A DNA stretch of 64,000 nt from Eledone cirrhosa (lineage: Eukaryota), in assembly GCA_964016885.1 (NCBI GenBank), contig OZ024742.1:116808001-116872000 (forward strand), read 5' to 3'. Both the position numbers and the translations under genes were made by a program. This document shows, piece by piece, positions 1 to 14,509 of this stretch. The notes beneath the pieces were generated by a model that was given only the letters and a program-made list of their open reading frames with translations, was not told where the DNA came from and did not search any database. How positions within the stretch are numbered: position 1 is the first letter of the stretch; each line of letters opens with the position of its first letter.

Positions 1-1039
1 ACTTTAAAATGTTCTTGGTACTATGATGAAAATATATATTTACTTTACAATGTGCATGTACACATTTGAATATTCTACCATCATTGTATATAAGGACTTT
101 AAGTTGTGTTCCAAACATCAGATTAATAATGGACACATTAATCACTTGACTAAATTCTTCTAAATTCTTCATTATTCATTCTTTTTTTACTAATGAGTCA
201 AGAGGTCATGCAAATGTCCATTTTAAATTACTCCAAGACTGGTGAAAGGGAGGGAGGAAGAAACCTCAAACTGGAGACTTTGACCAAAAGCTTGCAACAA
301 AGTGTACTCTGCTAAAGGTGCCCAAGGAGCAGGTAGTAGCGTTATATTTGGCAACAGATTAACTCCACCATTTCAGTTTATTTGATTAGAGATGTTTCAC
401 TAATTATTAAAATCTTAACAGTTGGTCGAACATAAAGAAACTAAATGTATATTTTGTTTGTAGATAATTTTTTTTCATTTTAGTTTTAATTTCTAAACTG
501 CCATACCTAGATAAAATAAATATTTCTTGCCAAATGGATTTTAAATGATGAATCTTTATTTGTTTTGTTTAGTTGATTTTATTTGAAAAGATAACATTTT
601 TTCAAATAAAATTCATATCAAATTATATCAATTATTATCTAAATTATGATCTACACATTTTAGAAATATTCCTATCTTTACATTAAAACGTGTGTTTTTT
701 TTTTTTTAGATCTTGTATTACAATATTAAGTCTATATCATAGAAATCTCTTTCGGATAATAGTTTTTTGTTATGAAATAATGAAAAATAGAATAAAAAGT
801 TTTGAGTTAAAAGAAGACATTTCGATATTTTAGCATGTTGTATCAGCATATAACATTGTTGCTCTTATCATTGTTGCAATAAATAAATAAATATATAAAA
901 AACATTTTTTTCTAATGTTTTATTTTTAATGGTTTTCAAGGAATAAAGTGTAAGTAATCAGAAGAAATATCTATGATTTTTATTTCAAGAAATTCTATGA
1001 ATAAATATCTAAATAATTTATTGTTATATTTCATAGATT

Positions 1040-1071
1040 TTATCATCATTAATATTAGCATCATCATCAAC

Positions 1072-1106
<35 letters not shown>

Positions 1107-1150
1107 CATTATTATTATTATCATCATTATTATTATTATCATCATTATTA
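1040..1150. repeat. (ATT/ATC)n trinucleotide microsatellite
   Basis: Direct reading; explains the poly-Ile ORFs at 936-1206. Confidence 0.95.
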
Positions 1151-1942
1151 TCGCTGTTGTTGTTTTTGTTATATTATTTTCACTACTAAAAACAAATGCT
1201 GCTTAATACTTAAGAATATATGCTTAAGTATGATTGAATAGAAAAGATAATTACTAACTCTCTAACGTTTCTGACTTAGCATGTAATATTGTTGTTATTC
1301 TTCACTCACTAGAAAGATATTTTATATATATTTAATACTCAAAACTATTTACAAATTCTATTTTTTTTCTTTCTTGGAAAAAGGAAAGTTTCATACAATT
1401 TAATGATTTACCAAAAGAATAAGATATATATTGTTTTCTATCTAACATTTGCCTAATGGGGCAAGTTTGAAAAAAAAATAGTTGTTAAATGAAATCATAT
1501 TTTGAACAGTCTGATTTATTTTTCTTTCATTGGTTTCAATCATATGACTGACTGCTGCCATGCTGGATCACTGTCATCAGAGGTTTTTAGTCGATTAGCC
1601 TGCTACACATAGCAACCAAATCTCCATTAAATCATACAAAAGATACATTGATATACTAAAGAATGAGATGTCCACTTTGGGTCAGATTAAATCTGTTGCC
1701 CAGTATGAGACTTCCAACTGGCTCTTGAGTTTTTTTTTTAGCAGTTCATTCAGTCCAGGTCTCAAGCTTAATGTTAATTTCCTCCCTTCCTACCTACCTT
1801 AAAAGGGTCATGGACACTGCTATTCCTACAGTAAAAATAAACAAGGATGGAAAACCTTTAATTGTATCTCTACTCAATTATGGTCAATATGTAATGGAAG
1901 TGATAGTATATTTGTTATTACCTTTCCCCTCCTTCTTTCAAG

Positions 1943-1993
1943 GAATAGCTCAGCAAATCGAACAGAATTATAGTTTTACTGATATTTTGCAAG
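1943..1993 (+). other. candidate 51-nt host exon (phase 1-1, GIAQQIEQNYSFTDILQ)
   Basis: Pyrimidine tract cctttcccctccttctttc, then aag acceptor, then a 51-nt stop-free segment and AAG|gtagtt donor. The AAG acceptor is weak and no homology was recognised. Confidence 0.2.
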
Positions 1994-2934
1994 GTAGTTT
2001 AGCTGTAATTCAAGGTTTAGTTGTGTCCTGTTTTATTTCATGCTTTTACATTTATATATTCTGTAGCAATTACATTGTAGAAAAACAATTTTAGATATTT
2101 ACAAAAAAGCATTTGAAGATAAGTTTTTTCTGTGCGTTTTTTTAAAACTCTTTTGATTTAAAACCGTGTGTGTTTAAAAAAGTTCCTATTTACCTAAAAG
2201 CCTTCCAACATAATTTTGTGCAACAACTTTTGTTATGTTACAAAAGCTAGCTTAATGACAAAGTTATATATACTACTACGTCCTTCCAAATTCTTGATTC
2301 TATTCAAAATGATTTGAAAATCAAATGTAGTCTTTTTTTATTAGAAATATGGGTTAAATGTTTCAGTTTCAACATGGGGTCATTTTGCATGTCTAGAACC
2401 AACAAAGGAACTTCAAATTGATTGCTTGACTAATTAGAAATAACAGTCAAATCTCTCTCTCAAATCACATATTAAATATGAAAGGACATACTAGATAATA
2501 TATTTTTAGATATACTATATTTGAATAAAAGACTGGTTAGACATAGTAGAATCAAATTTGCTTGTATATCTGATTGATTAGGTTTGCAGTGAGGATAAAT
2601 AACAACAACAACCATGACAAGATATATTGAATGTGTTTGTCGTCTGTAAGTTTGGCTCTCAATCTCCAAGTTCTACACTGCTTCTTCTGCTTGACATGTT
2701 CTTTGACAAAGAAGCTGACTGTGCAATTCAGATGAGAAAATGGAGAGATTTCTGCCACATTAAACTCAATGCATGACATTAACTAAAATGTTAATAATCT
2801 TTGACAATTGTTTCCAACATATTCTTGAACCAGTTTGATAAAATCTTGCATTTCATTAATAATGATTTCTATCTTAGACACAAAATTACACACACACACA
2901 CTCAAACATACATATATGAGATAGGCACACATAT

Positions 2935-3272
2935 TTCATTTTCATTTCATTTTACGTCCGCTTTTCCTTTCTTGCAAGGGTGGGACGGGAACTGATTCTG
3001 GCTTGATTTCTACAGCTGGATGCCCTTCCTAACACCAATCTCATTTACAGTGAGTGCTGGGTGCTTTTTTGCCGTGGCACCTCCACGACCACTTTGCAGT
3101 GGAATGATATGGACCCCAGTCCCTATCATCTCATTTCTACAGCTGAGTAAACTGGAGCAATGTGAAATAAAGTGTCTTGCTCAAGGAAACAACACATCAC
3201 CCGGTCTGAGAATTGAACTCACAATCTTTCGATTGCAAGGACAATGCTCTAACCACTAAGCCATGTGCCTCC
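2935..3272 (-). mobile_element. tRNA-derived CORE-type SINE (family B) with RTE-derived 3' tail
   Basis: Minus strand has A box TGGCTTAGTGG, B box-like GAGTTCAATTC and CORE-like CCTTGAGCAAGACACTT. It continues into ggtgttaggaagggcatccagctgtagaaa, shared with the RTE 3' UTR, and ends in (TGAAA)n. Confidence 0.8.
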
Positions 3273-3286
3273 ATATATATATATAA

Positions 3287-3437
3287 ACGTGGTTGGTGTT
3301 AGGAAGGGCATCCAACTGTAGAAAACCTTCCGGACAGTCCTATACGATCAAGACAACTAATCTAGCCTCACGTAGGTTCCCATCTAAACCCATGCTAGCA
3401 TGGAAGTTAGACGTTAAACAATGATGACGATGATGAT
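3287..3437 (+). mobile_element. RTE 3' UTR fragment with (GAT)n tail
   Basis: Matches the 3' end of the RTE at 40902-41200 (gttaggaagggcatcca...cccatgctagcatggaa...gacgttaaac, gatgat). Confidence 0.8.
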
Positions 3438-4278
3438 AACTAACTTAAAAGCTGCCCTCCAAGCAATCTTTCAATCTATAACCATGCTTTCAAAAAGGCC
3501 TTGCTTTTGATCAAGATCCTCTCTATCATGCTTATAAATTTTTGTAGTACTCACTATCAACACACAGGTTGCAAAAACACTCCTGAAATTATGTTGATTC
3601 TAAAAATGTACTAGGCCCAAAGTTTTTTGGACACACACACACAGAAGAATTCACAAGCATTACTATGGAAGACACACACACACACACAAGTAAGTGATTG
3701 TGTGCATATATGAATATATGTTTTTTTTATGTTGTTTTAATTAGAAAAGAAAGGTAGAAACCATGATCTTTTGTTAGGCCTCCAAGAGTGCTAGAAAAGT
3801 AGGGAAATCATAGTACATGGGTTGGTCAGTAGAAAGCAACGCACCAAGATATTAAGTTATAATATATTGGTAGCACTAAACTCAGTGGCACATTAAATCT
3901 GATACCATTTGTGGAAGCATATGAGGGAAAATTCATTTATTTTTGCACATTTATCACTTGAAATGATAATTTAATATTACTTGAGATATTAGTAATGAAT
4001 TGACTATACCATTATATAAATGCCCATGTGATATTTTAGAAAAATGGGGAAAATTGAAGAATAGGATGTATGACCCCACTATACCAAACAAAAGATATGA
4101 TGTGATTTTAAAGATGATATTTACCTGAGGAAAATCTGCCACATCTTCTGACCCAACATTGTATCAAATAACGAGCCTGAACTATAAAACTAGTTACCAT
4201 AGTGTGATCCTTGAAATAAAACTCCTGCAGTTCAGGTGACCAGTGATGCATTCGAAATGGACCAGGAAAGGGTAGTGA

Positions 4279-4420
4279 AGGGGAGTGGCCTACTGGTTAG
4301 GGTGTTGGACATAGGATCATAATGTCATGCCTTCAATTCCTGGACTATGTTTTGCATTTGCTCCTGAGCAAAACACTTCATTTTACATTTCTCTCATATA
4401 CTTAGCTAGCTGCAATGGCC
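4279..4420 (+). mobile_element. degenerate family B SINE head
   Basis: gtggcctactggttaggg...ttcaattcc...ctgagcaaaacacttcatttt resembles 31146-31268. Confidence 0.55.
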
Positions 4421-6489
4421 TGGCATCTTGTCCAGAAGAGGGTATTCAGGTGCTCACAGTTGGTTAACACCAATGAAACTGGGATAAAAACCAGCCTGCT
4501 GAGCCTCTGGGGTTTGGAAAAAGCCAGAGGACAGGTTACCAAAGCTTGGACAGCCAAAGAACACTTGGCAGAGAACAATTAATGGCCATTTCAAGCAAGG
4601 CACATAGAGGTGAAATATACATGTGTGAATGACAACAAAATATCAAAGCTTTATTTCCTAATCGAAAAATTACTAATTTGCCTTATTTTTGTCAATCATG
4701 GCTCTGTGTAAAAGTTTTGTTTTCCCAAACATGGAGGCTCAAAAGGTTGGTGCTTATTTTAGTTTCATTGGCATTAAGTTACTGAGAGTACAAGACACAC
4801 TCCTGGATGGAATGCCAGTCCATTGCAGGGTTGAATCCCCAGCTACTGCTGATAATCATTTTCAGCTGAGTGTACTGCAGCAAAATGAAAACGTACCCTG
4901 TGATCCAGTAAGCAAAATTCATGGCATTATCTCTTTAACCACAAGGCCATTCAATTTCACTTTTTGAAGAAACTGAACATCCCATAATCTCATATATGTT
5001 GGCTTTATACCCAAGTAATTAACTGTGGGAATAATGGTGTTAATAAAAGATATTTATTCTGCTATATACCAAACAGCCTGACACATAGACAAGGAAGTAC
5101 AGCAATCGAAAATATTTTTCACTTCAATTCTTCATAATGAAATTCGTACACATATGTGTATGTCTTCGTGTGTGTGGGAAACGAGGTTGATTGCATGAAG
5201 CTTTTCAGACCAGATATGTAGCTTTGTTTGCCATGAATCTCATAAGTACACACACGCACACACACACACAGATGCTTCTTGTCACCCATACACTGTCTGC
5301 TTTAGTAACCGTGTGTTTTTCCCTTCAATTATTCCAGGAACATCAAAATGCACCCTACCCATTCTCTATTAAAACTTCACTGCTCAACATACGCTCTGCC
5401 AACTCTGTATCAAGCTTTCCAGGCACAAAATACACCTTGCCCACTTTCTATCAAACCCTTCTTGCACAAAAAACAACCAAACATTAACTTAGAGTGGTTC
5501 AATATGTATCTAACCAGTCCTTGTCTGTTTTGAGAAGTCATGGACACTACCCTCCCCCACCTGACTAAGCCATTAAAAATATAAATATTTTATCTACTTA
5601 CATTCATTAATTGGTCATATTTATATTTCCATTTAATATTGATTTGCTTCAGCTAGGTTGAAATTGGTGTCATATTAGTTTGGTGATAAATAACATCATT
5701 CTTGTGTATTGGCTTCAGACCCTAGCGACACTAATTTAATTTGTTCGCTTAAGTATAATTCCTGTCAAGAGTAGTGTATGATAGCACTCTACACTGTTGT
5801 TATAACTTGGTTACTACTTCAAAATAATAATTAACATTCATCTTTAGAGTATTTTCTTGTAACTATCCAAATTTGCAACCTGACAAATTAGGCATGAAAT
5901 CATTGGTATTATAATCATCATTATCATCATTACATGCTGCAATATTTTTATTATAACCATTAGTATCATCCTCATCATCTTTATCGCCATCATTCTTATT
6001 ATTGTTAGCAATCATTTAAGATGTAATACCCAAATTGCAGAGCCAAGGCTATCTTTAGAGGTGGGGAATTGGAGTCATTAGAATGTAGGGCAAAATTCAT
6101 TACAATATTTGTTCTTGTTTTTTTGTGCACTAAGAACAACATGGCCTTTCATCCTTTTGGGGTTGATAAAAAAAATACCATTCCAAGTGGTTCAGTAAAG
6201 TTTTTAATTTGTTGAACAAAATACTGTATACAAAGACTTTCTTTTTTTGTAACTTGCCTGCAATTCTACTAAACTATGTGCACCTCATGAAATTTCTGCC
6301 TAGCCCTTTTCAACATAATAAACAAGGCTACTTTTTTCATGGTAACAGTTTCCTGTCCTCTTTCATATTCATTAAGACTTTAATATTTGCTATGTCCTAT
6401 ATATTCCAACCCTTGATAACTGGAAAAGTAGATGTTAAACGATAAGGATGTTCATCACATCAGTGACTCGTAAATACGTATATGTAGTA

Positions 6490-6920
6490 TCATCATCGTT
6501 TTTACATCCATTTTCCCCCACTTGCATGGGTTGGCTGGGTCCTTCCATGCTTGGCATCTCTCACTTGCTGTGTTTCTTCAACATCTTCTCTGTGGGTCTC
6601 ATTGATTTGAGGTCATCTCTCACAAACTCTGCCCAGGTCTTTCTTAGTCGACCTCTACTGTGGCTTCCTCCCACTGGGATTTTCTAGCACTTCTTCACCC
6701 AGAGATCATTGTCCATGTGCATCACATGTCCATAGCAATGCAGTCCTCTCTTCTGCACACCACCTTGGATACCTCTTAAACACAGCTTCTCCTTCTAGCT
6801 CTGCCTTTCTCTTACACTTACAATGAAGCACGGTTGCTTCATTTCTCTCCAGTCAACACATATCTTCTGCAGTCACAGCCCATGTTTCACTACCATGCAG
6901 CATTGCACTTCACATACATA
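6490..6920 (-). mobile_element. old RTE LINE 3' remnant
   Basis: Decayed match to the RTE C-terminus (MLHGSETWA, GHVM, GRP) and the cccatgcaagt...gatgatg tail. Confidence 0.7.
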
Positions 6921-9208
6921 ATGTGGTTTAGACCATCTAGTAGTGAAAACCAAAATGGAATTTTATTTTAACTCGTTTATGACTCTCTAAAACTTTAATA
7001 AATTAATGCATCAATATATTGCATCTGTAATATATAATCTCTAGTGCATTTTAAAAACTGTTTTAATAGTTAACAATGATGCTATTACACTAACCTTTTG
7101 CAAAAACTGTGTTTCTGTTCAGCTTAATTAGATATTTAATTAATGTAACACTGATGAGCTTGTTAATTTCACCTGAAAGAAGATTTATCTCTTTCAAATT
7201 TCAAAAGCAAAATTTCTCATTTAATTATTTTCTTTTAATATTATTATTATTTCAGTAAAATTCAGCCACAGCACTAAATGACCCGCTGAATACTCACAAT
7301 ATTCCCGCTTTGAAAGTTGTAAATATTTTATATAGTGCTAATGAGGGGTGGGGAAGAACTGTGAAAGAATTTATTTAGAAATTAGATTATAATTCTGAAT
7401 GTTTTAAGAAATTCTGAAACTAGTAAGACTCTTCATTTTGTTAAACTTTTTCTCACTCTATGATGACAGGAATACTCTCTTAGTTTCATTTGCTCTATAT
7501 TAAGAGGTCCCAGCTTCAAGGCTTTTAATGAATTGCGTCAACCCCAGTACTTATTTTATCCACCTCTATTGATTGAATGGCTATGTTTAATTGTGATAGA
7601 AAGATATTATACTCCCCATGCCATTTTGCTCTAAACTGCACAAACATAGTCATGCACACATGCATTTACTGTTTACAAAGAGAGTGTGATACCTATGGCC
7701 TTTTGCAGAGCTTCTAAATATTATTGGAAGAAGGGAGGAAAGTATCTTCAAACTGGATACAAAGTCTGAATGGTTGCAGCAGAGTAGAAATTGCTAAAAG
7801 TGGTGTAAGATAAGGTATGCCACAAATGTAGATTTGACTCAGAATTCAGAGCTTGAACAAATATCAAACTTCATCTTTTCCAGTGTTCTAACAATTCAGC
7901 CTATCTACTGCTGCAGATTGTTATTTTATCTTATCAACCACAAATTTGAAAAAAGCAATATTGATCACTCTGAGATTTGAAATCAGAGTACACAGATCCA
8001 GAACACAACTGCAAAGCATTTCATCCAACACTATTGAGTTTATCAATTTGCTGCTTACCATATAACATGTAACTAAATCACTGTAACATCAAATTATTCT
8101 TTCATTTCTTTAAACATTATTTAAGAAACATTCACTTTTCTAAATTCGTAATCATAAAAATATTAAAGATAAATTCTGAAATCTTTCCAATAAAATTTGT
8201 TTCACTTATTTACAGTAACCTTTTAAAATTTTGACTTCAAGAATTATTATTTTTTAACCTTCAGGCTTTAATAAAAATTATTTTTCTTATCAAAATAATT
8301 CCTCTAAACTTTGACATTGGTTTTATATATTTTTTTAATTACAAAATGGATGAAATTACATTTACTTTTGAAGATAATCTGTAAATATTTTCTGAATAGA
8401 TAAATGAATAAATAAATAAATTAATTAATTAAAATGTAGTTAGGTAAATTGATCAAATAAACTTATCCATATATTTCTGAAATCTGACTATAACAAAAAA
8501 AATATAGACAGATGTGCATCGTACTTCTCTCTTCCTCTTTCTAACTCTTAACATCCTGTTATGATTTAGTAGAAAATATCTAAAAATGAGTTTGTTAATT
8601 AAAATTTATATAGTATCATTACTAGAAGACAATTTATTGTGAAACTTTGCTACAAACTGAAGATTTCGATTTTTAATGTGATGCAGTCATAGTGTTATTT
8701 TGTACATTTCAAGAATGTGTCTTGTAAAATGCAGTTTCACGAAAACTCATATGTGTGTGTAAAAAATTAATTTAATTGTCATATCTTTTCTAATATTTAA
8801 GATATTTATTCAATCTTTTTATTAGCATATTTCTAATGAAAGACTATGCCTATGATTTTCAAATCATTTTGAAAACAATCAAGGATTTGAAGGGATTCTT
8901 CATTATTAAACTAGTGTTTAGAACACTACTTAAATATTCTTACATGAAATTATGAAGGGAGATTTTAAGAGGAATATAAACATATAAATAGCATTGTATT
9001 ATAGAACCAGGAATAGTTTTGGGCAGTTTGATATCAGAAAGATTAGAATTAGTTCATATAATGACATGCAGTTTACTGATAAAAATGTCACTTGTATTAA
9101 CTATGTACTTTAACATGAGCTGAGTAAATGTTCTGAGAACCTAGTGCAGGTTAACCCAGGTAAAGCAGCTTATTTTTTTAATTTATGAAATATTCACACA
9201 TTATTACA

Positions 9209-9545
9209 AATTCCGCTGAGGTTAACTTTGCCTTTCATCCTCACGAGGTCGATAAAATAAAGTACCAGTAATGTACTGGATAATTGCTGGCCTTTTGTCA
9301 AAAGTAGAAGCAATTATCATACCATGGATTGGCAGTATCAGTAAAGGGTCTGATGCCATGTTTTGCAACATAGAGTTATGGCCCTTTATGGTCTGAGTTC
9401 AAATACCGCCAAAATTAATTTTGCCTTTTATCCTTATGGGGTTAATAAAATAAAGCACAAGTAAGTACTGGGGTTGAATAAATCAACTTTTCCCTCTCCT
9501 CCAAATTGCTGGCCTTGTGCCTAAAGTAGAAACAATTATTATCAT
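9209..9545 (+). mobile_element. two tandem tRNA-derived SINEs (family A)
   Basis: B box GAGTTCAAAT, central GCCTTTCATCCT..GGTCGATAAAAT and 3' TTGCTGGCCTTGTGCCTAAAGTAGAAACAATTATT. Confidence 0.8.
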
Positions 9546-9734
9546 ACAATTATCCTAATCATTATCACTTCATAATTTTATGATTTATAAAATTTTTTAC
9601 AAATTTGTAAACATTTTATAATATTAAAGACACAGGCATGGCTGTGTGGTTAAAGGACCCACTTCACAGCTATGTCATCATCATCATGACTGATTAACAT
9701 CTATTTTTCATGCTAGCATGAGTTAGATGTGATG

Positions 9735-10340
9735 TATAAAGCATAAACGAATTGAGAGAGAGACTAAACATAAGAGGAATCAAATGATGTGTGGAGGAGA
9801 GGAGGTTGTGTTGGTATGGACATGTGGTGTGTATGAAGAATGACAGCTGCATAAAAAGGTGCAGAGCACTAGAAGTTGATGTAAGCCATGGAGTGGAGAG
9901 ATCCAAGAAGACCTGGGAGGAGGTGATAAAAGCGGACGTTGCCCAATTGCACCTCTCAAAGGCGATGATACAGGACCGTGACCTCTGGCGTCATGCAGTA
10001 ATACAGAAGACTGACTTCCCACGGGAACAAGCTGATGCTGAAGCATATAGCCAATATGCCCACATCCCTTCCCACTGCATTGTGGTCGTGGAGGTGTCGC
10101 GACAAAAAATCTCCCAGCCCACACTGTAAAGTGGTCGTGTAGGTGCCACAGAAAAAAAAGCACTCAGCACTCACTGTAAATGAGGTTGGTGTTAGGAAGG
10201 GCATCCAGCTGTAGAAATCAAGCCAAATCAGTTCCCATATCAGCAAGACAAGGTCACCCGACCTGGCGCTTCTCACAACAGGACAACCCATCTAACCCAT
10301 GCCAGCATGGAAGAATGGATGTAAAATGGTGATGATGATG
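9735..10340 (+). mobile_element. RTE LINE 3' fragment
   Basis: ORF 9791-10129 (ERRLCWYGHVVCMKNDSCIKRCR...KTWEEVI) is homologous to the RTE ORF end; 3' UTR and (GAT)n tail follow. Confidence 0.85.
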
Positions 10341-11194
10341 ATATATATATATATATACATCATCATCATCATCATCATCATCGTTTAACGTCTATCTTCC
10401 AAGCTAGTATATATATATATATATATATTTGTTTGTGTTTACTTTTATAGATTATGTATTTAATTATGGCTCCAATTATATGCATGTCATGCAATTTACA
10501 CTGACTAATTCAACTATTCAGCTATTTTCTATTTATTGTATGACATGTTTTGCATTGCTAGAGTGATAATCCAACATGTTCATAATCATATATATCATAC
10601 ACATAAACCTAGCTATCCTCTTTTCTATCTTCTAATTTATTGTATTATAGCATAAATATTTATCATTTGATATAACATTTGTCAATGATAACATGCGTTA
10701 AATTGATCAGCACTACTGCATATATCTCTACATTTCAATATTAATTCCTTTGATCTATTCTCAAGTCTAGCCAAACTAGTATTTCCCAATTTTTAGTGTA
10801 CTTCTGTCACAGTTATATGCTACCTCATATTTTTGTTAACCAGAATGCACTATTTATTCACATTAATTTTTGATGAATTCATCTACAAACACTGTTTTCC
10901 TTACCCTAACTCACATCCTACCCCTAATGAAGATGAATTTACCAGATTCACTTCACATGTTACCCAAATCAACATCGTTGACACTCTTGAAAGCATCTGC
11001 TAATGTCTTTCATTACTGTTTTTTTCACCACTGAATTTTACTCAGATCATATACATGATGAAGCTGCAGATGAAACAGGTGTCAGAAACAACAGCCAAAT
11101 TTCTCTAAAACTATATCATACTGTCTTAAAAATGGAAAGACACATTGAGAAATGTCATAGATACAAAGGTTGAACATAATATGTGGTTTAATAA

Positions 11195-11378
11195 TAATCG
11201 TTTCTACTTTTGGCCAGCAATTATCCCAGTGCATTACTGGTGCTTTATTTTATCGATCCTGTAAAGATAAAAGGCAAATTTAACCTTGGCGGGATTTGAA
11301 CTCAGAATGTAAAAGGCCATAATTCTATGCTGCAAAGCAGAATGTCCGACCCTCTACCGATACTGCCAATCTGCCTTC
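11195..11378 (-). mobile_element. family A SINE
   Basis: Full head-to-tail match to the 47588 copy; flanked by ggtttaataat on both sides (possible TSD). Confidence 0.8.
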
Positions 11379-13149
11379 TTGAGGTTTAATAATAATATAA
11401 TCCCTTTATGTGATATGAAGAGCAGTCAAATATCTCACAAACCACAGACTACTTACATTTAAAAATAACATTAGATTAAACAGCAGGGTAATCATGGTTA
11501 GAAAATCTTTGATTTGGACTCATAACAAAAAAAAAAAAAATTGAAAGAACATCACAAATCTCCTTATCCAATGACCTAATAAAATCTGTCGAATCAGAGC
11601 TGACATGGGTCCAAACCTTCAATAACAAGCAAGAAATAGAAACCAAACAACCTTCCAATGATGTCTTTCTCTCTTAATTAAAGGAGGGCACACTGGATAA
11701 TACATTATTATATTTACTATAATTGACCAAAATGGATGGTCATAGCTGGAACCCATTTGATCATAGATCTGCCTGATTTGGGCTGAGCCTAAATCTATTT
11801 CTTTTCTTATTGCTGTAGTTCCTCTACATTTTTGTCCATATTCCACTAACAGTAATAGAATACATGTCTCATATAGTAGGTTGTTTTTGAGATCAACCTC
11901 AATTAAGAAGATTTATGATCAAAAACCTTCCAGCAATGACCATCTCATCTTTCTATCCACTGTAGCACTATATTTTTAGATGTTAGTATGTCAACAATTG
12001 TTTTGATGTCACAGAATTAAGTAAAATCTGAACAAATTTTATGAATATTTAACTGTGAAATATATTTTAGATTTGACAATTCTGTATACAATTAGACTTA
12101 TGATATGTGATATGGTGTTAAATAATGTTTATGTGTTTTGTTAATTTCATGTTGGGGTGGCAAATTGACTGAGGCATTAGAATGATAGATAGAGTGCTTT
12201 GTAGTATTCATTCTGGCATCTGCTCACTTTGTAGTATTCATTCTGGCATCTGCTCACTCTGAATTCAGATAAAACTGAAGTCAACTTTGCCTTTCCTCTC
12301 TTCGAGGTTGATAAAATAATTATTAGTCTAATACTAGGTTGATTTTTCCCCCATATATCTTTCTCAGTTACTTTCTTTCATCAGGAATACAATACAAAAT
12401 ACAATTTTATGTTGCTAACAAACCTTAATGAGTCATGAAAAATGTTATTTTTAAGAAGGGCACCATCAATGTGGAAAGTTTTGAAAGCTTTTTACTAGTG
12501 GCCAATTGAAGGAGATTTTGTTGCAATTTTGTGTTTGTTTTTGCTTTGTTTTGTTTTATTTTTTGTTTGTTTTGTAGATGCTCAAACACATAAATGCCTT
12601 CTTCATGGCTTGAATCACATATATTTCTAGACTGAAGTGAAAGTCTGTAGTAGTAGTTTATAGAACTTCCAAAAAGTAAAATATAGACATTAGCTAACAG
12701 GTAAAATTAAGAAACTTATAACTAATATTCCCATAAGAGAAAACTAAGCCCTAACAATGCAGCAAAATTGCTCTATTGGGCTATTTGTCAGATTATTTTC
12801 TTTTTTCAGAGCAATTTTATGGTAATTACACTTATATTTAACTATAATCTTTATATTTTAATGCTTATTGATTATCATATGAAAATATAATTAAAAGATT
12901 ATACAAAGCATCTAGTGCTAATTAGGAGAAAAAAGACTTTCAGTTCATTAAAAAATCTTCTTTGTTTGAATAATGCTTTAGATATCTATTTGTAATTGTT
13001 GGCATGAAATTTCCACTTTATTTTAGTATCAGCATTATAAGCTGCATACTACTTACAGTATATAATGTTTGTATAATTTTACCCAAGAGATTTAGAAAAG
13101 ATCTCCATGAACATTCAAGTAGCGGTTCAGGCATATATATATATATATA

Positions 13150-13725
13150 GTGCAGGGTGATCAAAATTGATGGTAGTTACGGTGTAGGTAGACCCAGAAA
13201 AACCTGGGATGATCTGATAAATTCCGACCTTACACACTTGCACCTCTCTAAGACAATGTCACTGGACCGAGATCTTTGGCGCTACGCAGTAATACAGAAT
13301 ACCCACCTTGCCTATATACAAAGCAAAACCTACAGTCAGTAGGCACCTCTTAACCAAATATACACCCCAATCCACTACCCCTACTCTATCCTCCCACTCC
13401 CACCAACACCACCCTCTCTCTGTAAAGTTGGTACCACAATATCCAGTCCAAATAAATGAGATAATGAGATCAAGATTGTGTAGGAGTCACAACAAAAAAA
13501 CACACAGTCCATGCTGTAAGGTGGCCATGTAGGTAACACGGTAAAAAGTTCCCAGTTCCACACTGTAAATGTGGTTGGTGTTAGAATGGGCATCCAGCCA
13601 TAGAAAACCTGCTAGATAGTTCTATATGAGCGAGACACGGTCACCCAACCAACCTTGCCTCAAGTGGAACAACTCCCGTCTAACCCATGCTAGCGTGGAA
13701 GATGGACGTTAAACAGAGATGATGA
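13150..13725 (+). mobile_element. RTE LINE 3' fragment
   Basis: IKIDGSYGVGRPRKTWDDLINSDL...DRDLWRY is near-identical to the 41410 ORF end; 3' UTR and GAT tail present; flanked by TA runs. Confidence 0.9.
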
Positions 13726-13875
13726 TATATATATAAGCATGGCTGTATAGTTAAGGAGTTCAATTTGCAGAAATATGGCTTCGGGTTAACCGTGGCAAAT
13801 GCTAACAATAGATTCAAGTTGAACAATACCTTATGAGTGAATTTTAGTAGACAGAAACTGTGTAAAAACCCACTG

Positions 13876-14020
<145 letters not shown>

Positions 14021-14280
14021 CTAACACAAACAAATATATATCCCTGTGTTTGTGTTATTTCTTTCACTATATATATATATATATACACAAGTGGAAGCTT
14101 AGTAAAATAGAAGCTTTGGCTGTGGCCAAGCTAATGACCTACAATTAGGAATGAGCAGCAAAGCACTCAATAAGGTGCAGGCCTTAGAGTAATAACATAC
14201 GTTTAGACAGCTTGACAAACTGAAAATTGTGGTAGGTAAACCTAACTGCACAATACCAAAAATAATGAAAAAACTAATCA

Positions 14281-14359
<79 letters not shown>

Positions 14360-14453
14360 TCTGTGGTGGTGAGACTGAGGCTACCACTAATCATGTAAAT
14401 ACTCAATACATGGGAAGATATAGTGTGGGTATAGAGATAGAGATATCTAAAAT

Positions 14454-14509
14454 CTCGACTGCGGCGCCAAGCAGTTTCAGTTTGTATGTTCAGAAACTCT
14501 TTCCAGGAG
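14454..14509 (-). ncRNA. degenerate type-I hammerhead ribozyme in a probable Penelope-like remnant (about 14360-14900)
   Basis: Minus strand: ctc CTGGAAAG agttt-ctgaacatac-aaact GAA actgc-ttggcgcc-gcagt C gag. Stems I, II and III all pair; the core has two substitutions relative to CUGAAGA. Confidence 0.5.

Noticed and set aside
5191-5533. ORFs following a good splice acceptor at about 5337
   Set aside because: No donor, homology or other coding signal found.
7151-7185. CTGATGA...GAAA hammerhead-like spacing
   Set aside because: No convincing stems I, II or III and no TA-flanked or inverted context.
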